From Octopus bimaculoides (Eukaryota): DNA of 64,000 bases. The position numbers were made by a program, and so were the translations under genes. Position 1 is the first letter of the stretch, and every line of letters begins with the position of its first letter. Below are positions 1-13,968 of this stretch, piece by piece. The stretch spans positions 6,123,390 through 6,187,389 of the forward strand of contig NC_068991.1 in the NCBI RefSeq assembly GCF_001194135.2, in the 5' to 3' direction. The notes under the pieces were generated by a model that saw only the letters and a program-made list of their open reading frames with translations, was not told the DNA's origin and made no database searches.

Positions 1-30
1 TATATATATGTATGTATGTGNNNNNNNNNN

Positions 31-70
<40 letters not shown>

Positions 71-1001
71 GTACACCAACCCATGCAAGCATAGAAAAAT
101 GGACATGAAATAATGATGGTAATGATGAAGATGTCATTTGTGTGTGTGTGTATGTGCATGTGTGCGTGCGTGCATACTTATATGCAAAAAGGTAAATGGT
201 TCCCGTCATTTTGGATGATAAGTATTCCAGCCATTCGATCAGCTCCCCCCCATACTCATTGAATTATAAGAGTAAATGCAAGTGGCTTGGTATGCTACTG
301 GCATTTGTCTCTTCAATTGATATCTTCATGCAGAATCAGTGTGTACTAAGGTCGTCTTTTGGACTACAATGTGCAGTGTGCCCAGAAGGCTTCCACAGTT
401 TCTGCCTGCCCCCTATTTTAAGAAGGCTTGGCACAACCCAAAGCTGTGTGAAAAGCCCACCATCTCCCCCCCGCTGCCCAAGGTGCCATGCAGTAGGATT
501 GAACTTAAGACATGGTTGCACACACACGCACACACACACGCACACGTAGTTTATTTTACACATTTAGTGTTTTAGCAAAAAATCTTCAGAGATGTACTTG
601 CATTGCAAATGTTTTGAGACTGTGTGCCGAAACTAAAACAATTGCAGTGTAGAAGACACAAGTAAACTATTCAGAAACAGAAAAATCCACCTACTTCATT
701 TAAATATTTAAATGAAGTTGACAGTCTTTTTTTTTTTTTTTCTGAATGACTAACATGTCTTCCACAGTGCAATCACAAAAAATCTCCACATTTGCTAATC
801 CATTGTTCCTTGTTTCAGACGAGCTGTGTTTGGATTAGTGGAACCAGAGATTTTATTTTTTACTAAAACATTAAACATGTAATACAAAACTATTTGCTCT
901 ACAGATTTATTTGATTTGTATGGTATCTCTTTTGGGTTTCTGGTCTCCATGATCGTTGATCTAAAGAATTTTCCAACACATATATACAAACATGTGTGCA
1001 T

Positions 1002-1036
<35 letters not shown>

Positions 1037-1849
1037 CTCTCACACACTTCTTTCTATATTATTCTGCCCTTATTTGTATGAATGAGATTTTCATAAGCTA
1101 AATAAAGTACTCAAGACTTCAAGAAATGGAATATATTTGTTTATCAATGACCAGCTTACAAAGTCACAATTTTGTTTCGGTCTTAGTGGTCTTCTTAATG
1201 TTTTAAGATTTAAGAAAACCATATGGTTTGAAACAAAATTATAACTTTGAAATCTTGTCATTAATACATAAATATATATAACCATTGTTTTGTGTGTGTT
1301 TATATATAATAATGTAAATGGTTCATACCACTTATGACATGAATCAAGGCAGCTTGATTGAAGAGAGTAATGAAACCGATTTTACTCACAACAAAGTCAA
1401 ATAACTTCGCCTGAACATGAAACTTGAGTTGCTGCATAATGAAAACATTCTTCACTCAAATATATTGAGTGCTTTCAACTGCTGAAACTATTGACAAACA
1501 AATAGTATAATGTATGTGTATATATGTGTGTTTATACATTTTTTTACACATAAATTGTTTTAATTAAAAAAATAAATTTGTGTGTGTATGTACCCAGGCA
1601 TAATAATATAATGTGTGTGTGTGTGTAATCTTTGTCTTCTTATTAGCTCATGCTGCTGATTGCATCCCCTATTGTGGGTTTTTAGATGAATTATTTTATA
1701 TAGCCACTGGCTTTTGTCTCAGACATATACATGGATATAGGCAGGCACACATACAATTCACCACACTCACATACATCTGGCTTTGAAAATGTTTCGCCAC
1801 TACAAAATTCTGCTCAGAAGTTATTGGGTCAATTTGCACAAATGCGTTG

Positions 1850-2075
1850 CCCAGTCACACTGAACCTGGTAACCTGAATTCACTCCATAGACATATTATC
1901 TACCTGGCACAGCTGCACCTAAAGATGTGTGTGTCATCTTTATCAACATCTTATGTCTTTTGTCCATGCTTACATCTCCTGGCTGGCTGTCCTCTTGCAT
2001 TGCAGCACATTATTCTTACAGTCCTTTACCATCTTACTTGTGAAGTTCAGCATCCTTAGATCATCCTTCAGCATG
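1850..2075 (-). mobile_element. Highly decayed RTE LINE 3' end fragment
   Basis: Minus strand reads MLKDDLRMLNFTSKMVKD, resembling the terminal xxDLxxLxLTxxMxxDR motif of RTE ORFs. Confidence 0.45.
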
Positions 2076-2455
2076 TGTGTGTGTTTATGTATTTATATAT
2101 ATATGCGTCTGTGTGTGTTTGGGTTTGTATGTATAAATATATATGATGTATGTATAGTTTATTTCAAGACTTACTGGCAACTTGCAAGATGTTCCATCCG
2201 AAGATAGTTTTGTTGTTCTGATGAAACATTTTCGAAGATCTCAGCAAGGATTGAAATACGGATATTAATAAGTTTGCCATTAAATGTATTGAGTCCTTTT
2301 TATGATTCAGAGACACCTTAGCCTCCTGACTAAGAACATTGGTATTGTATATGTGTGTGTGTGTGTGTGTACATGTACATATTACACCTATGTATGTGTA
2401 CGTTTATGTATTTATATATATTTGGATGGGCATTTGTGTATGTGTATGTGAGAGA

Positions 2456-2488
<33 letters not shown>

Positions 2489-2814
2489 ATATATATATAC
2501 ATGCACACACACACACACACACACAAACATATATAATATAAATGTATATATATGTATGCATATATAAATATGTATATGTTTATAATATACATATGCCTGT
2601 GTGTTTGTGGTGTGTGTGAAAAGTAAAAATATAACATAACAGAAAGTTAAAATATTATTTGCTCTAGTTGTATTATAATTTGTTACTTCATTAATCTAGC
2701 AGACAAGTTTGCCAGATAACTGACCTAAAAGTTTATGTATAATTTTTTCTTTTTCTTTTTTTTTTTCCTACTTCGAATACTTTGATTTTAAATATTGAAG
2801 TTTTTGTTCTTCTT

Positions 2815-2856
<42 letters not shown>

Positions 2857-3434
2857 CATATAGCTGTAGATGTTCCGTTTCTTCTCCACATATATGTTTT
2901 AATGATCACTTGTAAATATCTACTCACTGGTTATTGCCACTACCGAAACACAACCACCGAGCTGGTTGTGTGCCAAATTGGAATAAGGGGGTGTACTGTT
3001 ATCGTTTTTTTTTTTTTTCCCTGAAGTTTGAAGATTTTTTTTTTTTTTGTTTTCATGTAATTTTCTTCTGTAAATCAGTTGCACTTATTACCATTTGATC
3101 ACAAAGGATTAATAATAATAATAATAAAATATATCAAAAAAACTATACAAAAAATAATAAACAAAAAAATAAGAACTTGAAAAAAGTTGAGTTTGTGACT
3201 CTGTAATGTTTGGCTATTTTTGGTGTATTTCTTGGTTATTATATAGCACAAGTTATATAAAGGATGTTTATTTAAACAAAATGTAGCTGAAGGTCTGTTG
3301 TTTAATAGTTCATTTAGTACTTNNNNNNNNNNNNNNNNNNNNNNNNNNNNNNNNNNNNNNNNNNNNNNNNNNNNNNNNNNNNNNNNNNNNNNNNNNNNNN
3401 NNNNNNNNNNNNNNNNNNNNNNNNNNNNNNNNNN

Positions 3435-3472
<38 letters not shown>

Positions 3473-3505
3473 CATACATATATACACACATGTATACATA
3501 TGCAC

Positions 3506-3546
<41 letters not shown>

Positions 3547-4694
3547 AGGAGCAATTTTCTTTAAACCAAGTTCCGATACATAATTTTATTTAACTGCTCA
3601 TTCTAATTCAATAAATTAGGGCATTTTATATCGACGTCTGTACATGTTCCACTTTTCCATTTTAAAGATTAGCTTGTACAAGTATCTCCAAACTCAACAT
3701 TTCAAGCTTTCATCGCATTTCCCCTTGGGTTTAAAACATGCGTAGTTGTGATAATTGATACAAAAGTTATGGTTAGATTTCTGGAACAGTAAAAATAGTT
3801 GAGGTTGTGTTCGAATTCCTTGCAGTATCCTAATGAAGAATCAAGAAATTCAGTCCTATTATGTTGATGGTATGAGATTGTTCATACAGCTAGTTAATCT
3901 AGCTTAATGATTATTGTTTCAAAAATATTTTTACCATAACTTGACAAAATCCCTCTGTCATGTTCCAAAATAAGAGTACTTTATTCTTCAAATTATTTTG
4001 AAGGAAACAAAAAGAAAAAAAATTTTTTTTAATGACAAGTTAAATATTCAAAGGAAAATTTAATCTCTTTTTCATAAAGCTGTGAAAAGAATTTATCAAT
4101 TGTTGAAATTTAAGGCTGTGTCTTATATTTGCAGTTTTTGAAGTTATAGATATTTATTATTCCACATTGGTTGCTTTGTTCAAGTATTTTCATATTTCCA
4201 TTCTAACTTCACCTGTCCATAAATCACACTTAAAGCACATATAGATATTTAATGATGTCTTATTTTAAATTACTAGATTTCATACTTATTTAAAATCACA
4301 TTGCGTTTAATTTCTACATTATTAATATCTTTGGTTCCAACATACAGCATTTTAGTTATTAATTTTATGAGCTATGTAATTTTCGAAGAAAAACAAGAAT
4401 AAGCTTTCTTTTACAAAAACACCAAATTTATCGAAAGATAAAACAAAACTTAAATACAAAATTAGATTTTTTTGCTCCATAATTTAAATTTCTTTCTCTT
4501 ATATTAAACAGATCTATCTTCATATCTATTTATCTGTTTATAATTTAGTGCAAGGTTGACATGAAATGTTGTGTTTTAGCTTGTATTGTAGCTAATGTTG
4601 GCAGTTACTATTAAGAGATTACTCCTTCATTTTCATTGGTTCAATAGAATAACCCGGATGCCATATTTCTCATGTTCTATATTTTGATTAGTCT

Positions 4695-4922
4695 TTAACC
4701 ATTTAGTATTCACATTATTCTGTCAAATGTAATCCTTATTTATTCAGATTGTTTTTGAATTAATCATGCATTATCTCGTAGTTTTGAGATTTCAATGATG
4801 TGATTGTATACTTTTATAATGATATTGTAGGGTAGGTGAAAGAGGCCTGATCTAGCTGGTTTGAACACAAAACAGGTAGAATATTTGGGTTGGATATGTC
4901 TAGTTTAATTACTAAAAGTTAA
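4695..4922 (+). mobile_element. piggyBac-like MITE family A copy
   Basis: TTAA at both ends and the same internal sequence. Other copies at about 13176-13355, 30050-30209, 31150-31298 and 33280-33495, all in the same orientation. Confidence 0.72.
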
Positions 4923-5570
4923 GGAATCTGCTATCAATGGAAATTGATTCCAGACATATTTTCGCATTCAGTTCTTTACCTTAAAATTACCGTTTATAAA
5001 TTAAAAATTTCAGTTACAGGTCATTAACATAATTTATTAGAAATGCTTAAGTTACATATTACTTATTTTACTATAATTATCTAAACTAGAAATAAACAGA
5101 TATAGCATAGTTAGAAAGCTGTTTTATAATTTCATATTTAATTTAGTATTTTTCACTTATCATTGAATACTGTAGGAGAATAATAATTTTCATAGGGTAA
5201 GATTGTCTTTTTAAACAAGGCACTTCATTGAAATAATTATAGACGAAGACAACTTTCTTGTGAATATGTTATCCACAATGTTTTATTCTGTACCTAATCT
5301 GAAATTGTTCTACAATGAATAGACTCATTCAGTCAACTTTTGTATTTTCTTGGTGTCTTATTTACTAATGACAATTAACTTTTCTAATTTCACTTTATAT
5401 TTTGCAGAAGTGGCTTTTTTCTTTCTTTTCTTTTTCCAAAATTCAGATAAAATGTAATTAGTTTTTGAATCATCATTTAACTAATATTAAAAAGGAGGTT
5501 GATGATGATGATGATGATGATGATGATAATAATAATAATAACAACAACGATTTAAACATTGATTAAATTC

Positions 5571-5790
5571 ATCATCACCATCATCACTATTCAACGTCCA
5601 TTTTCCATGCTGGCATGGGTTGGACGGTTTGACAAGATCCGGCAAGCTGCAGGGCAGCACCAAGCCCCAGTGCCAGCTTTGGCATGTTCTCTACAGCTGG
5701 GTGCCCTTCCTTCTGCCACCCATCATTACAGTGTGCACTGGGTGCTTTTTGCATGCCATCAACGCGTGTGAGGTCACCAAGTAAGCTGCA
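5571..5790 (-). mobile_element. RTE-tail-related repeat copy
   Basis: Same tail motif (ttcaacgtccattttccatgctggcatgggttggacggtttgac); further copies near 17700-17805 (+), 18466-18508 (+), 28194-28285 (+), 30870-31045 (-), 59205-59240 (-). Confidence 0.75.
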
Positions 5791-6964
5791 AGACTTAAAA
5801 AGAACTGAAAAGGGGGAAGAAAAAAAAATTCTATCTGAATTTCAAGAAAAGCCTCATTTCTGTAACTTGCAAGCTGAATGTTATTTTCCTTTTATGGTAA
5901 TAAATAGATTTAATGGTCACTTGGAGCCAGATAGGTATTCCTTGAAACTCTCATATTTCAGTCCTCAGTAACTTCATTGAAATGTTTCATTTAAAATTGT
6001 TAATGAAGCAATTACATTAGAAATACTAACTGAATATTGTTTGGAAATTAATTATCGTTATTTAAACTGATCTAAATTGATATATCTGCTTATTGATTTT
6101 TAAAAATTCTTTTATATGTCTACTAGACAAAGCTTAATCTAGTTGTTGCCTATGTTTTTTTGTTATTCATTTGCATTTGTGTTGAGTGTATGTATGAGGT
6201 TTATTTGATTTAAAATTCTACATATTTTAGATTTTATTCTTGTGTTGTGTAACCGATTGCTTCCAGTTTATGTTGTTGAGATGTAAGCTTTGAATTTATT
6301 TTTTTTCATAAATTTGCCAGCAAGAAATTATCAATATACTGACAGTGTACAATATTTTGGCTCATTAGATATTCAAACAGAATGTGCTATTTTATTTTGA
6401 TATATTAAACCAAATCATTTTAAGTGTTCGATCATTAATTACTAATTCTATGAATATATTATTATTTTCATCATAGTGTTTCCTTCAATCTGGTCTGTTG
6501 TTCTTTGAAATTGTGTTAAGAAATAATAGTCTGTATTTGATTGATAATTAAAAAAAAAAAAAATAATAATTAATATAGCCGGTTATATTCTGAGAATATG
6601 ATGAATGCTTCAGTAAGATTATGTAAACATTTATGAATGGCATCAGGAATCACACATTGGTTTTGTGCTTAACTGTTGTTTAGAATTTTTCAATTATTAT
6701 AATTTTGATACTGTTTTTGGGCATTTCTTTGAAATCAATATTCAGTTTTATTTCCTACTGATGTGCTAATCAACACCACACCACTGTTACATTACATCAT
6801 CTCATTTTGCTTCACATCTGTTTTTTTTACCTTTCTAATTTGGCTTACGTCTTGCTATTAATTTGAAACAATGTCCAAAAGAAAAAAAAACAGAAAGAAA
6901 AAATTCTTTTTTCTCTGATGGTATTCCAAAATAATTTAAGATGCTGAAAAACTTTATATTCTTG

Positions 6965-7012
<48 letters not shown>

Positions 7013-7292
7013 GTACATATACACGCACTCACACTCATATACATACATACATATGTGTGTCTCTCTCTGCTGGAATCTGAAGTTTTAGGCTCTGTTATTA
7101 CTCAGTTTTGCAACTCCCACTAATCACATAAAATTGATCTGTGTTCTGTGACTCATAATGTTTAAATCAAAGTATTTATGAATGGACAAGTCATTGGATA
7201 AAAAGAAATGTGTCAGTTGAAAGATCTTATAAAAATAATACAAAATGGTGTGTGTGTATGTATGTATGTATTTATCTCTCTCTATATATATA

Positions 7293-7341
<49 letters not shown>

Positions 7342-9258
7342 TATATCAAGGTGGTGCTCCAGCATGGCTGCAAGAATATATATGTATATATATTATATAT
7401 ATTAAGACTGGCCGCTCATAAATATTTATGTCATAAACATTGTATCTCATACGTCTTAGATCAGTTACATGATCGGCAACATACATGAAACTCTGAGTAG
7501 TAAGCGGGAGTAATCGTAACACTACATTAAATATTTACACTTTACTTCTATATTGAGTACTTCTTATTTACACATTTGTAAACTGAAGTGTTTGTATGTG
7601 TGTGCATGCATGTGTGTTTTATTGAAAACATGGTTGTGTTGTAGTATTATCTTTCTGTTTTTTTTTTTATCAAGTGTGTTTTTTAATACTTTTGTATTAA
7701 GTTGCTTACAGTTTGTTTGGAACAGTAAAGTCCCCAAATCCATCATTGTCTCCAGACCATCATGGTCTCATATTCAGAATGAAGTGATACTGGCATGTTT
7801 TGCTGCTAGAATTTGAATGTTTGACTTGTTAGATTTCTCTGTCATAAGTCAAGTGTTTCTAATTGTTTGTGATCAGTGTATATAATGCGTGTGTATTTTA
7901 GCATTGTGCTGTGCAGTGAATTTTGCTTCCATCATGAATTGTTCTGTGAGGGATTTCATGTAGAATACATCTGTTGTTTACTAATATTTTTCTTACCTAG
8001 TTTTGTTTGCGTTGTGTGATATAGTGCATTTCAATTGCTCCTTGTTGTATACACTAGCCATAATCAGCGATGAACCCCTTACTGGTGATATATAAACCTC
8101 ATTGGTCAGAAATTCAGTTTCTGGTTTTTGTCTCTGCAAAACAAATCTTATGGGTTCTGCCTACTATAAAGTGGTAGCCATACCATGCCAACATCACTCC
8201 ATCCTGAGGATGAGACTGTGAGGGTCTAGAAACATTACTGGATCAGGGAGTCTTACTCTTCTAAGCAAATTGCAAGAAACTCTTGTGAGAATATGAAGGG
8301 AAAAAAATGATGTAAAAGACAAATCTAGGACACAATGTGTTTTCAATATATGTTTAAAAGAAAGCTATTGCCCTTATATATAAATGTGTATATGAATGTG
8401 TATGTGTATAAATTCATATATTTATATGCATATATATATATATATTTACAAACACACATATACTTATGTACATAAGTGCATGTGTGTGTGTATGTTGTAT
8501 AATTTAAGCCTCTTTCCTCTCTCTCTCTCTCTCGAGCTTAATTTCTTGCCATTCTATTTTCTAAATCTGTATTATTCAACTTTATAGCAAGCACAAACAC
8601 ATATTGACTTTAATTTTTCCCAAAAAGAAAAAAACTTTTTTAATAAGTCATCAAATTCTTAGCAACTTTTTGTTTCTTCTCTCAAATCTTGCGCGCGCGC
8701 ACGCACACACACACACATACACATGCAACACAATATAATTAAAAGAAACATTAATCATGTACCATGTTGAGTATATTATATTCTTAAGGCTTGGCTACTT
8801 GTCTTATGCCTGCCAAGTTGCTTAAAGATTTTTTTTTTTTTTTCATTAATAACATGGATCTATTTAAGCTGTATTTTATCATAGATTTATTCTCACATAT
8901 TTCTAAATATTTTTTAGCTGAAACAGAGTTGATTAATTTTTTTTTGTTGTTGTTTATGTGCTTCATTTTGAATTGTGACACATATACTCATTACAAGATC
9001 TCACTAATCTTACTAGCTGTAAATCCTCATTTTTAATAATACTACATAACTCTTATTGCTCTCAAAGAAAGAAAGAGAGAAAGCATTTTCAATGTCTGAC
9101 TAACTTTGAAATCAATGTGTGTGAAGTTTGATCTCTGTTGATGTTTCTATTGACTTCGGGCATGTAAATCTAGCCATTTTGACTTAATTAAAATAGATTC
9201 TATTGCATGGATTGCTTTGATCTGTTTCTGTCATTGCATCAGCATAAAAAAAAAAAAA

Positions 9259-9289
<31 letters not shown>

Positions 9290-10164
9290 NNNNNNNNNNN
9301 NNNNNNNNNNNNNNNNNNNNNNNNNNNNNNNNNNNNNNNNNNNNNNNNNNNNNNNNNNNNNNNNNNNNNNNNNNNNNNNNNNNNNNNATACCACTTAGCC
9401 ATACAGTCTTTCAAAAGGGAATAGAATATCTATAAGTTATAGTTTCTATTCTGTTTGGCTGAAAACACAACCAAAAGACAACAACTACACCAACAAGTAC
9501 CAGAAAGTCAAGCCCTCAAAAAAATAATATTCTAAGTATATAATAACTTTTAATAACATATCCTCATGCAGGGGTCAAGCTTTGCCCAGGTTTGTTGAAA
9601 TTTTTCCTTTTTTTTTTTCCTATTTCTTTTGGGGTTGTGTAATCTTGGCTTCATATTAAAATACCAAAAAAAAAAAAAAGTATAAATATATATGCTAAGT
9701 TCTTTTTAAAAAATAAGAAATTTGACAATCAAACAATGGAAGATTTTATTGGAACTGTTGTAAGAAAATTGATATAAAAGAGTATTAAAAAAAGAAGTTA
9801 TTATTTTCCATTACTCTTCTATTCATTAAAATACTGTAAATGCAAGTATGAACTTTCCAATACTACAACAGGATCACCAGTTTCATGTGGAAGCGGTTTT
9901 TGCACTCTTTCTTTAAATCCTCAAAAATACAAAGAATCTATTTTATATTTTAGTGTTACTACATATATTTCTATGGCTTCTGGTCTTTTTTGTCTTTTTC
10001 TTTCTTTCCTTTCTTTCTTTAATTTTTTTTTTTTTTTTAAGAAACATATTTTTCTCTTTGCTTGTCTTTTCTGGTCCTGATTTGTTCTGGTTTTGTTGGT
10101 GTCTGTATACAAAGTCTTAAATTGTTGCTTGGCTCAGGACATGCATATACATATATACATACAT

Positions 10165-10201
<37 letters not shown>

Positions 10202-10794
10202 TACATACTTACATATATACATACATATACACACATATATGTATGTATGTATTTATATATGTATATATAACTTTCAGTCATTAGCCAAAGAAAATGACAA
10301 AGCTTTTAAAAAAAAATATTAAAAAGGAAAAAAAAAAGACATGTAGGAAAGAGAAAAGATGGTTGCATTGCTTCTATATACACACATATATATACATACA
10401 TACATACATATATATANNNNNNNNNNNNNNNNNNNNNNNNNNNNNNNNNNNNNNNNNNNNNNNNNNNNNNNNNNNNNNNNNNNNNNNNNNNNNNNNNNNN
10501 NNNNNNNNNNNNNNNNNNNNNNNNNNNNNNNNNNNNNNNNNNNNNNNNNNNNNNNNNNNNNNNNNNNNNNNNNNNNNNNNNNNNNNNNNNNNNNNNNNNN
10601 NNNNNNNNNNNNNNNNNNNNNNNNNNNNNNNNNNNNNNNNNNNNNNNNNNNNNNNNNNNNNNNNNNNNNNNNNNNNNNNNNNNNNNNNNNNNNNNNNNNN
10701 NNNNNNNNNNNNNNNNNNNNNNNNNNNNNNNNNNNNNNNNNNNNNNNNNNNNNNNNNNNNNNNNNNNNNNNNNNNNNNNNNNNNNNNNNNNNNN

Positions 10795-10827
<33 letters not shown>

Positions 10828-11015
10828 CATACACATATACACAGTCTGGATAAAGATACAATGGATGACCTGATGTAAATGCTTACTTGTATCCATTATG
10901 TGCATCCTACTTTGTGGGTTGAACCACTGACAGTTGCCAGACTTACCTTTGAAGGAAGGAAGCCATCTCTTATTTGTTTGGGCTCATCACTACAGTTTTC
11001 TGTTTTTATTTAACA

Positions 11016-11051
<36 letters not shown>

Positions 11052-11920
11052 CATCATATCACTATATCAAAAAAAAGCCTGTGTTGGATATTCCATTAGA
11101 GAACACTTTCAAAAAAAGAAAAAAAAATTAAAAAATAACAAAAACAAAACAACTTGACTTCTCATCAACCTTCTTATTACAAAGAAACGAAAGAGAGAGT
11201 GAGAGAGTGAAACATACAAAATGAAAAGAAAAAAATTACAAAAACAAAAAAAATACAACAACAAAAAACAAAAGTTCTAGCAATCAGTCACTCTGACCGT
11301 TTTAGAAAGATAATCAGACCATATTCGTTCTATACTTTACCCACAGTAATGCTGTAAGTATAATTTTTACTAAATTTACTTCAGTTCATATTTTATTGAT
11401 ATAACAAAATAATAAGGAATCTGATATTTTCCTGTTTATTTATTATTTTTTTTTTATTTAATTGCATATATCATTATATCAGTTCAATTTTTCTTACCAT
11501 AGTACGTGTTTTTTTTTTTCTTTTTGTATTAAGAGTTTGAAAAAAGAAAAACTGTAAATCATTATAGCTGTATGCTTATTAATGTAGTATCTACATTTTC
11601 CAAGTCAACCTAGTATTTTGTCAGTCAATATTTTTAATTGTACAGCCTAAACTGGGAAACTTTGGTTTTATTATTATTATCATTATTATTATTATTATTA
11701 TTATTATCTTTATCATCATCATCATCTTACAGCATCATGATCTATTGCTCTTGATATTCCACAAAAATATCTATAAATTTAATTCTTGAAAATCAGGTGG
11801 AATAATGTTCTAACTGTTCAATCAAATAAATAGGAAATTCAATACTAACTTTAGAATTCTTTATTTAAGCAAGATAAATGAAAAACTAGTTCTGTCTTGA
11901 TTTAATAATATTTTGCAAAC

Positions 11921-11967
<47 letters not shown>

Positions 11968-12370
11968 NNNNNNNNNNNNNNNNNNNNNNNNNNNNNNNNN
12001 NNNNNNNNNNNNNNNNNNNNNNNNNNNNNNNNNNNNNNNNNNNNNNNNNNNNNNNNNNNNNNNNNNNNNNNNNNNNNNNNNNNNNNNNNNNNNNNNNNNN
12101 NNNNNNNNNNNNNNNNNNNNNNNNNNNNNNNNNNNNNNNNNNNNNNNNNNNNNNNNNNNNNNNNNNNNNNNNNNNNNNNNNATTTAAAACCACATTGCTA
12201 ACTTTCTCAGCTCCCTTTTAAAGTTTCAAGTGAAAGGTATTTTTAATCGTTTATTTAACACCTTATGTCGTGCTTTGGAAGTGATTAGGTTTTTCTGATA
12301 AATGTTAGTAATTTCTAGTGCATTTCAAAATTGAATTTATATTATAGACTATTTAACCTCTACACACACT

Positions 12371-12422
<52 letters not shown>

Positions 12423-12981
12423 TAACACCCATGCACACACACAATTGTATTGTTCTTAAGTAAATCTCCTTTAAACATTACAGTATTGAGGTCAGATATA
12501 TTAACATTACTTCGTTTGGTTTCTGTCATGAGATTGTAACCAACTCCTGATTACTCTTGAAATTTGTGAGCGTTGAGGGTGCTTGTGTTCTATAAAAGTA
12601 CAAAATTAAAAATGCTTTTTTTTAAATTAATTTCTTAAATCAATAGACCGCTTTTTCATTATCTCTGTGTTGTTTGGAAATACAGCCAACAACATCAGGT
12701 CAAGTCTTCCACAAAGTGCCAACTAACCTCTGCTTTTCCTTCCCATGTACTGTCTTTATTCATATGCTGCAACATTTCTTTGTAGACTAATATTACTACT
12801 GCTAATGTTGCTGCATGTAACCATTGGTGATATTCTGTTTAGTCCTCTCTAACAATGTTTATATTACTAGTGAAATAGGTTGTTGTTGTTGTTGTTGCTG
12901 TCATTAAGTCTTAACTATGTTTGCATTACGCAATACAAGCAGTTCTATAGTGTAAACTTTATAAGCATAACATACTTAATG

Positions 12982-13170
12982 TATGTGAGTAGTTGCTAAA
13001 AACCAGAGGCTGCGGTTTTACTCCAGGAAAACTCCATTTGTGAATGTATTGTGTTAGCTGGGCAAAAATGATATCGCCCCAGAATTGACCTCAGTGTTGT
13101 GCTTACTATTTATAAAGGGTTTTTCCCCTGGATGAAAACCACAGCCTCTGGGTTTTCAACTACGCACATA
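12982..13170. mobile_element. Foldback/MITE-like element
   Basis: Imperfect inverted arms of about 55 bp (tatgtgagtagttg..ccagaggctgcggtttt / aaaaccacagcctctgg..caactacgcacata). Confidence 0.6.
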
Positions 13171-13906
13171 AATGTTTAACTCTTTAGCATTCAGATTACT
13201 CTCTCAAATGTATTGCTTATTTATTCGCATTGTTTTGAGTCAGTCATGGCTTGTCTCATAGCTTTGAGGTTTCGGTTATGTTAGCGTAATTTTAAAATGA
13301 CATTGTAGGGTATGTGTGAGAGGCCAAATATAACCAGTTTAAATGCTAATGAGTTAAGTATGTTATATTAATGAAGTTACTAAAATATATGTTTGTCATT
13401 AGAATTAATCAAAAGACAAACAAATTGTGAATATAGGAAAGTGTTAGTAGTTCTTACATCCAACCTTTTGTGAATTATTGTGCTGTATGACTCGTCTATC
13501 TATATTATTATTATTATTTTTGTTGTTGATTACTAGTTGTATATATAATGAAAGACCACAACTATGTTCAGAAACTCTTTTGTCAACTCAGGAAGATATC
13601 TACTGCAAATATTTGCATTCATTTTACATCTGTCTTTTGTCAATAATCAGAATTAATGATATCAAAATGTATTCTGAAGTGTTGCTAAACTGTAAAATAT
13701 TTCTTGTTTGGTTAGTGATGACCATTTCTGTTGTAGAGAAGGATTTCGCTGTTTTATTTTTGTAATGTCTGATAATTTGGTGTGGGACCTAACGTTTCAT
13801 AGCATTTCTTTTTTTATTATTTAATTGAATAATGCGGTATGATTGATGATCCCATTATTCTGACTTGGTTTCAATTCTCATTTCGAACCACTTCACCTGC
13901 ATTGAT

Positions 13907-13968
13907 AATGCACATTAATGTCACAATTAATGCACATTAATGCACATTAATGCACATTAATGTCACAA
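13907..13968. repeat. 10-12 bp minisatellite (taatgcacat / taatgtcacaat)
   Basis: About 5-6 tandem units read directly. Confidence 0.85.
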